Part shown: positions 58,591 through 64,000 of the stretch, one piece after another
Numbering within the stretch: the first letter of the stretch is position 1
Layout: each line of letters starts with the position of its first letter
Source of the DNA: Gammaproteobacteria bacterium
GTDB lineage: Bacteria; Pseudomonadota; Gammaproteobacteria; Acidiferrobacterales; SZUA-150
Length of the DNA stretch: 64,000 nucleotides
Reading direction: 5' to 3'
NCBI GenBank assembly: GCA_029880545.1
Contig: JAOUOD010000004.1
Coordinates: 141,712-205,711, forward strand
Program-made: the position numbers and the translations under genes
The notes under the pieces: model-generated
Told to the model about the DNA's origin: nothing
Database searches by the model: none
What the model saw: only the letters and a program-made list of their open reading frames with translations

Positions 58591-59445
58591 TTGGCCATAA
58601 TGGCGACCCCGAAACCAACAAACAGAATTGTGATGAGCGGCCGCGCCTTAAAAACCGAAGAATATTTTATTGACAAGGAACCTTACTACGAGCCTATTGG
58701 CGATGAAGTGGAGGTGTTCGAGGCCGCTTACCGGCAAGGCTTGCCGGTATTGCTCAAGGGGCCAACCGGTTGCGGTAAAACCCGGTTCATTGAACATATG
58801 GCCTGGCGTCTCAAGAAGCCACTGATAACCGTATCCTGTCATGACGACCTGACGGCATCAGACCTTGTGGGTCGATATCTGGTTAAGGGTGGCGAGACTG
58901 TATGGGTGGACGGCCCCTTGGCCCGGTCAGTAAGAAACGGCGCACTTTGTTATCTTGACGAGATAGTGGAAGCACGAAAGGACACCACGGTGGTGATCCA
59001 TCCGCTCGCCGACGACAGGCGCGTCCTGCCCATTGAAAAGCTCGGCGAAATCCTCGAGGCGCCCCCGGAGTTTTGCCTGGCGATTTCCTATAACCCCGGC
59101 TACCAGAGTGTACTCAAGGACCTCAAGCAGAGCACACGACAACGATTTGTAGCCCTTGAGTTTGATTATCCATCGCCGCAGCTGGAAACCAACATCCTGG
59201 TCAAGGAGACCGGAATCAGTCACGAACTGGCAGCAAGCCTGGTCAAATTCGCCGGCATGACACGCAATCTCAAGGGTAGCGGCCTGGAAGAGGGCGCCAG
59301 TACCCGCTTGCTGGTACACGCAGGCCGGTTGATGGCTGATGGCATTTCACCCACAACCGCCTGCCGCTCAGCGGTGGCGCAGGCGTTGACGGACGATCCC
59401 GAGATGTTGTCAGCCATCAATGAATTGTCTTCATCATTGTTCTGA
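58591..59445 (+). CDS. CbbQ/NorQ/NirQ-family MoxR-type AAA+ ATPase
   Basis: [18 protein letters not shown] ... [19 protein letters not shown] ... [13 protein letters not shown]. The start is uncertain; ATG 58633 gives the usual length. Confidence 0.88.
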   Translation: MAIMATPKPTNRIVMSGRALKTEEYFIDKEPYYEPIGDEVEVFEAAYRQGLPVLLKGPTGCGKTRFIEHMAWRLKKPLITVSCHDDLTASDLVGRYLVKGGETVWVDGPLARSVRNGALCYLDEIVEARKDTTVVIHPLADDRRVLPIEKLGEILEAPPEFCLAISYNPGYQSVLKDLKQSTRQRFVALEFDYPSPQLETNILVKETGISHELAASLVKFAGMTRNLKGSGLEEGASTRLLVHAGRLMADGISPTTACRSAVAQALTDDPEMLSAINELSSSLF

Positions 59446-59461
59446 TTGAAGTGAGCTCATT

Positions 59462-61567
59462 GTGACTGCCGGGGCGTCGCTGCACTACAAAGAAATTGTC
59501 GACCGCCTGAACCGGTGTCTCGAGGTGGAATTCTCGTTTCTGCGCGTCGAGGAGCCCGCCGAAGTCCTGGCATCATTGCCCCAGTCCGAGTGCAGCTATG
59601 TTCTTGGTTGGGTCGAGCGAATCGCCAGTACCAATATTCAGCTGGCTTTCCAGTTCATTACTCTTGCCATTGAAGCCATGGACCGGCTTGACCGACACAC
59701 CATCGAGGCGTGGGCGCTGCACGCAATGGACATGTATGACCAGCAGGGACTGCATCCGGCACTCTCCGTCATCAAGAGTGTTGACAAGTTTATTCAGCAG
59801 AGTCGTGAGCGTGCGGTCGGCGCAGTACTGGAAGATGTGCGCGGCGTGCTGCTGCATTTTGTTCATGGCTTGTCCGGACGCCCGTTGAAAATTGATGAAG
59901 CCGACAAGGCGCATACCGATACGGAAACGATTTATCTCCCGCCGCTGCTGGCGCATTTCAGCGAGCGCGATGAAAATTTCCAGCTGTACAAGGCGATGGC
60001 AGCGTTTCACTGGGCGCAGGCCCGTTTCGGCACATTCCGTATTGATCTTGATGTGTTGCAGCATGGCGGCGACGAGTTGCTGACGTTGTTCATGCGTCTG
60101 GAGGCGGAGCGAATCGAGACATGCCTTGCGCGAGAGCTGCCCGGCCTGTACCGGCGCATGCAGACTATGGTCGATATTGAGAATGACCCCGTAGTTGCCG
60201 ACAACTGGAAATTGCTGTCACGACCCCTGCATCAGGCTGATGCTTCGGCGAAGGACAGTCTCGGGCTGGCCCGACAGCATGCCGGTCGCGTGTCATGGCC
60301 ATCACAACCGTATTATCACGGTGTAATCAATATCGATCTTGTCCGGGAGGTCATGGCCGAACGGCAGTTCAGGGAAAAGGCTGTTCTGCGAACTGCCCTG
60401 TTTGATATTGCCAGGGACCTGAAACCGGACAGCGAACCGCAATCAATGGACTTCAAGGCTGGCGCGAAACATTCTGATGCCACCTTGCAGGAACTGCGCA
60501 TCGAACTGTCGCTTGATGATGTTCCAATCGCGGTGCCGGAAAGTATCAAGGGAGTAATGACCTCAATCGTTCAGGATCTTGGCGAACTTCCCGATGATTA
60601 CCTGCAGCCGGCAGGTCCGGGTGAATATGATCCGTCGCTGTTCAGGGAAAAGGAAGCCGACCCGGACGAGGTTTGGCAGGGCACTTATCATGAAGAGGGT
60701 GCGTGGCTGTACAACGAATGGGATTACAAGCGCCAACATTACCGCAAGAACTGGTGCGCGGTCCGGGAAAAATCCGTCAAGCCTGTCTACGACAGCTTTG
60801 TAGGCGATACACTGCTGAAGTACCGCGGTTTGCTAAAACATTTGCGCCGTAGTTTTGAAGCCATGCGAGACGAGGACCATTTGCTCAAGCGACAGACTTA
60901 TGGAGATGACATTGATATCGATGCCCTGGTGGAGGCCATGGCCGAGTCATCGGATGGTAGCGAGATGAGCGACCGGGTGTTTACCCGCATGCATCGAAAC
61001 GAACGTAACATTGCTGTTGTCTTTATGGTTGATATGAGCGGCTCCACGCGCGGCTGGATCAACGAGGCGGAACGGGAATCATTATTGTTACTGTGCGAGA
61101 CGCTCGAATTACTCGGGGATCGTTACGCTATTTACGGTTTTTCGGGCATGGCGCGCAAGCGTTGCGAGCTGTATCACATCAAGCATTTTGATGAGATCTA
61201 TGACAGCGAAGTCCGGGCCCGCATCAGCGGCATTGAGCCGCAGGATTACACACGCATGGGGTTTGCCATACGCCACCTGACTCGTGTGCTTTCCGAAGTT
61301 GAAGCCAATACCCGCGTATTGATTACACTGTCTGATGGCAAGCCCGACGACTATGACAGTTATCGTGGCCAGTACGGCATTGAAGATACGCGCCGGGCGC
61401 TGGTAGAGGCAAGGCGTGAAGGCATCCATCCCTATTGCATCACTATCGACACTGAGGCCAGGGACTATTTGCCATACATGTACGGTGATGCCGCCTATAC
61501 TGTAATTGATGAAGTCAGGAAGCTGCCGCTGAAGGTGTCGGATATCTATCGGCGCCTGACCAGCTAG
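59462..61567 (+). CDS. CbbO/NorD-family protein with a C-terminal VWA domain
   Basis: 701 aa with a C-terminal VWA carrying the MIDAS motif VDMSGST ... LSDGKP. GTG start 16 nt after the AAA+ partner. Confidence 0.8.
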   Translation: MTAGASLHYKEIVDRLNRCLEVEFSFLRVEEPAEVLASLPQSECSYVLGWVERIASTNIQLAFQFITLAIEAMDRLDRHTIEAWALHAMDMYDQQGLHPALSVIKSVDKFIQQSRERAVGAVLEDVRGVLLHFVHGLSGRPLKIDEADKAHTDTETIYLPPLLAHFSERDENFQLYKAMAAFHWAQARFGTFRIDLDVLQHGGDELLTLFMRLEAERIETCLARELPGLYRRMQTMVDIENDPVVADNWKLLSRPLHQADASAKDSLGLARQHAGRVSWPSQPYYHGVINIDLVREVMAERQFREKAVLRTALFDIARDLKPDSEPQSMDFKAGAKHSDATLQELRIELSLDDVPIAVPESIKGVMTSIVQDLGELPDDYLQPAGPGEYDPSLFREKEADPDEVWQGTYHEEGAWLYNEWDYKRQHYRKNWCAVREKSVKPVYDSFVGDTLLKYRGLLKHLRRSFEAMRDEDHLLKRQTYGDDIDIDALVEAMAESSDGSEMSDRVFTRMHRNERNIAVVFMVDMSGSTRGWINEAERESLLLLCETLELLGDRYAIYGFSGMARKRCELYHIKHFDEIYDSEVRARISGIEPQDYTRMGFAIRHLTRVLSEVEANTRVLITLSDGKPDDYDSYRGQYGIEDTRRALVEARREGIHPYCITIDTEARDYLPYMYGDAAYTVIDEVRKLPLKVSDIYRRLTS

Positions 61568-61669
61568 GGCGGATGATTTCCAGAGCAGATTATCTTCCCG
61601 GGTCCGGCAGTTTTTCAAATCTGTGCTAGAGTTATAAACATGTAATCCAACCGGGATATTGGCATTGCC

Positions 61670-62845
61670 ATGATCGATGCGCCGGAAAAAAACAACAATG
61701 ATTCCGCTGAGGCAGGACTTGGGCTTGGAGAGTGGTTGAGGCAGGTTGATTTTTCTGACCTGGCCGGCAGCTCCATTCATTCACAGGATTTCAGTGGTTC
61801 ACGAGCCGAGTTTATCAGCCTCAGGGTTCGCCTGTTTTCACTGGTGTTCGCGGTGCTGGCTGTTTTGTGGGTACCGGTAGACATGATGACTGTTCCGCCC
61901 GAGTCGCTTGGTACCATGCTGGTACTTCGCGGCATCTACGCTGGTGCGTACTTTTTGCTTGGCAGTATCGGTCATGGTATGCAGAGCCTGGTCTGGGCGC
62001 AGATCAGGCTCGCCGTTTTTGTTATCGTTGCCTGCCTGTTTTACGGGTTTTCGCGGATTGAATTATCAAGCAGTGCTTCCTATGAAGGCATTCTTGTCGG
62101 CTATTCATTCCTGCCCTACCTGACCATCGCATTCCTGGCCATATTCCCGCTGACGTTTTTTGAAGGCCTGCGTCATGCGGCGCTGGTGCTCGTGACATTT
62201 GTTGGTACTGAACTGCTTTTCGGTGGCTCACTGACACTGTCAAGGCTTGGTGATATCTGGCTGCTGCTGTTGCTGGCGGGTATCGCGGCCTGGACGCAAT
62301 TATCCCAGCTACAGATGCTGCTCAGACTCTATCGTGAAGCCAGTCATGATGCCTTGACCGGTTTGGCCAACCGTCGGGTATTAAACAAATGGCTGGCGAT
62401 GGAAATTCCCAAGGCCAGGCAACAGGCGCGACCATTATCAGTGCTGTTGTTTGATCTGGATCATTTCAAGCGCATCAATGATACGTGGGGACACCTGGTG
62501 GGCGACAGGGTGCTGAAAACCTTTGCCAGGTTGCTGAGGCGCGACCTGTCTTCGTCAAGCAGCTTCATCAGTCGTTATGGCGGCGAGGAGTTCCTGGTGG
62601 TGTTGCCGGGCTGCGAAGAGCCGCGAGCCCGGATGCTGGCCGAGAAGATCCGGCAGAACTGTGATTCACTCAAGATCATGGCATCGTCGTCCAGGCAGTT
62701 TGGCGTTACGGTGAGTATTGGTGTGGCATCACTCGGGAAGCAGGATACCGCTGACAGCCTGATGAGCCGGGCAGATGATGCCTTGTACGCGGCCAAGTCT
62801 GGCGGCAGAAACCAGGTGGTGCTGGCAACAGCTGCCGTCGGATAG
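61670..62845 (+). CDS. membrane-anchored diguanylate cyclase (GGDEF)
   Basis: Roughly 5-6 TM N-terminal domain, then DALTGLANRR ... FDLDHFKRINDTWGH ... RYGGEEF. Confidence 0.88.
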   Translation: MIDAPEKNNNDSAEAGLGLGEWLRQVDFSDLAGSSIHSQDFSGSRAEFISLRVRLFSLVFAVLAVLWVPVDMMTVPPESLGTMLVLRGIYAGAYFLLGSIGHGMQSLVWAQIRLAVFVIVACLFYGFSRIELSSSASYEGILVGYSFLPYLTIAFLAIFPLTFFEGLRHAALVLVTFVGTELLFGGSLTLSRLGDIWLLLLLAGIAAWTQLSQLQMLLRLYREASHDALTGLANRRVLNKWLAMEIPKARQQARPLSVLLFDLDHFKRINDTWGHLVGDRVLKTFARLLRRDLSSSSSFISRYGGEEFLVVLPGCEEPRARMLAEKIRQNCDSLKIMASSSRQFGVTVSIGVASLGKQDTADSLMSRADDALYAAKSGGRNQVVLATAAVG

Positions 62846-62860
62846 GTTGCGCCGGCTTGA

Positions 62861-63511
62861 CTAACTGTTGCCCGCAAGTAACCGGTCAGTTTCGTTCAGG
62901 ATCGCACGACGCCTGAATACAAAATGCCAACGGCTGCCACCGAGCTGGCGCCACAACCAGGCTGCGCGAATACCCGCCAGCAGGGTCGCGCGAATCCTGT
63001 CGGCGATGGCTGTAGCGTTCAGGTAACCGGGTTCACCGTGAACAATAATACGCGGCATCATTGTACTTATGGTATGCAGGTACAGATCCGCCAGCTTGGC
63101 GATAATGTTGTTGTGCATGACCGCCGGCCCGGATTCATTTTTAAAGAATTCTGCCTGTTCGCTGATAGTATCGATGCCTTCAGCCAGTGCGGATAACAGT
63201 GGTTTGTGTTTCCGTAATTTCAGTGCAAGCGCTATAAGGCTCATGACATAGCGTGCCATTTCCATGTCTTCAGATGTGCCTTCGCCGTTAAAGCGTTCCT
63301 TGATGTCCTGCAATCCAAGGCGCAGGCTCCCTTGTTCGGGTTTGTATATCTCTGACGGCGACATCGGGCCGGTGACCAGTATGCTGCCAAGACTGGTTTC
63401 CAGTGCCTGGTTGTCAGCGCGACCATGTCGAGCCAGTTGCTGAACCAGCCGGGCAGACTGAAATACGGCAGCCAGGGCAATAACTTGCTGGCGAAGCGGA
63501 GAGGTGTTCAT
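62861..63511 (-). CDS. hflD: high frequency of lysogenization protein HflD
   Basis: QVIALAAVFQSARLVQQLARHG ... is the typical HflD N-terminus. 216 aa. Confidence 0.85.
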   Translation of the reverse strand: MNTSPLRQQVIALAAVFQSARLVQQLARHGRADNQALETSLGSILVTGPMSPSEIYKPEQGSLRLGLQDIKERFNGEGTSEDMEMARYVMSLIALALKLRKHKPLLSALAEGIDTISEQAEFFKNESGPAVMHNNIIAKLADLYLHTISTMMPRIIVHGEPGYLNATAIADRIRATLLAGIRAAWLWRQLGGSRWHFVFRRRAILNETDRLLAGNS

Positions 63512-63524
63512 GGCCCGGGGGTCT

Positions 63525-63779
63525 TCAGGCGTTTTTCATACAGCTACGTTCAACTTCAGCTTCACGAATACCATCAACGGACTCTGCTGCGTTCTTGATC
63601 ATGGCAACAATTTCGTCTGCGCGTGGGCACATGGGGGTGGTTAGCTGGATTTCGAGATGCACATAATCGCCAGCTATATCCACTTCCTGTATGAAGCCCA
63701 GTTCGACAACATTGCGGTTAAGCTCGGGATCCATAACCGTTGACAGGGCTTCGAGAATATCGTTTTCAGAAACAGTCAT
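63525..63779 (-). CDS. DUF59 (MIP18/SufT-like) iron-sulfur assembly family protein
   Basis: ILEALSTVMDPELNRNVVELGFI ... TTPMCP is the DUF59 signature. I chose ATG 63779. Confidence 0.75.
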   Translation of the reverse strand: MTVSENDILEALSTVMDPELNRNVVELGFIQEVDIAGDYVHLEIQLTTPMCPRADEIVAMIKNAAESVDGIREAEVERSCMKNA

Positions 63780-63888
63780 TACCTTGGGTCCTGTGAATTT
63801 TCTCCAGTTTAGCAACTTAACGGACCGGTACCAAAGGTAAAGTTATGTTATACCTGAGTGCCGCACAGGGTTTATTGCGTTACCATTA

Positions 63889-64000
63889 TTATCGAACGGC
63901 GTTCTGCCACAGTTCTGCGGCAGCCAGGCCGATAAAGGCTGTGTCGAGGAAATCCAGGGAATGATGAGACAAGCTGATACAAGACGGAAGCTCGGGCTGG
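63889..64000 (-). CDS. 3' end of an unidentified CDS running off the window
   Basis: The minus-strand frame is open from the window edge to TAA at 63889-63891 (hand translation ... FIGLAAAELWQNAVR*). It is too short to assign. Confidence 0.3.
   Translation of the reverse strand, partial: QPELPSCISLSHHSLDFLDTAFIGLAAAELWQNAVR

Noticed and set aside
58591-61567. Calling the AAA+/VWA pair a RuBisCO activase (CbbQ/CbbO) or an NO-reductase activator (NorQ/NorD).
   Set aside because: The sequence motifs are shared by all members of this clade, and no client gene is present in the window. I assert only the family, not the specific function.

Overview
This is a densely coding chromosomal segment with about 70 CDS and one tRNA. 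Gene order looks gammaproteobacterial. Every functional call comes from reading motifs in the supplied translations; I ran no searches, and many start codons are uncertain.

Layout:
- 14-10.5 kb: CZB protein, sppA, an orphan histidine kinase, slyD, a pterin/folate cluster (MidA-like methyltransferase, pteridine reductase, folK, folB), plsY and tsaD. A three-gene insert follows.
- 10.6-15.4 kb: the classic rpsU-(yqeY-like)-dnaG-rpoD operon, ending at tRNA-Ile(CAU). This matches the E. coli folB..ileX order.
- 15.7-18.6 kb: a receiver-rich two-component module.
- 18.7-20.2 kb: thioredoxin and a Tas-like aldo-keto reductase.
- 20.2-33.1 kb: a co-directional minus-strand array of about 13 kb, mreBCD-mrdA-rodA-mltB-rlpA-dacA-dat-lipB-lipA. 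It ends in an orphan GspE/PilB-type ATPase.
- 33.2-36.5 kb: gatCAB.
- 36.5-42.4 kb: a patch of small or poorly characterised genes. It holds two methyltransferases, a lipoprotein with a G8 tract at its ribosome-binding site, three small alpha+beta proteins, an HD-GYP protein, NnrU and TauE.
- 42.6-63.8 kb: two TRAP transporters (one with PhzF-like and cyclase-like genes, one with a fused DctQ next to malate synthase G), mtnBDC, a PhoX/DUF839-like protein, regBA, a CbbQ/CbbO-type AAA+/VWA pair, a GGDEF protein, hflD and a DUF59 protein.

I saw no CRISPR array, IS element, integrase, reverse transcriptase, toxin-antitoxin pair or recognisable defence system. The best candidates for something undescribed are:
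- the output-less REC/REC/REC/REC-PAS-kinase module after the tRNA;
- the TRAP-PhzF-cyclase operon, whose cyclase has altered metal-ligand residues;
- the TM2-like/coiled-coil/DctQ fusion;
- the RuBisCO-less regBA-cbbQO-GGDEF block.

All four are hypotheses.
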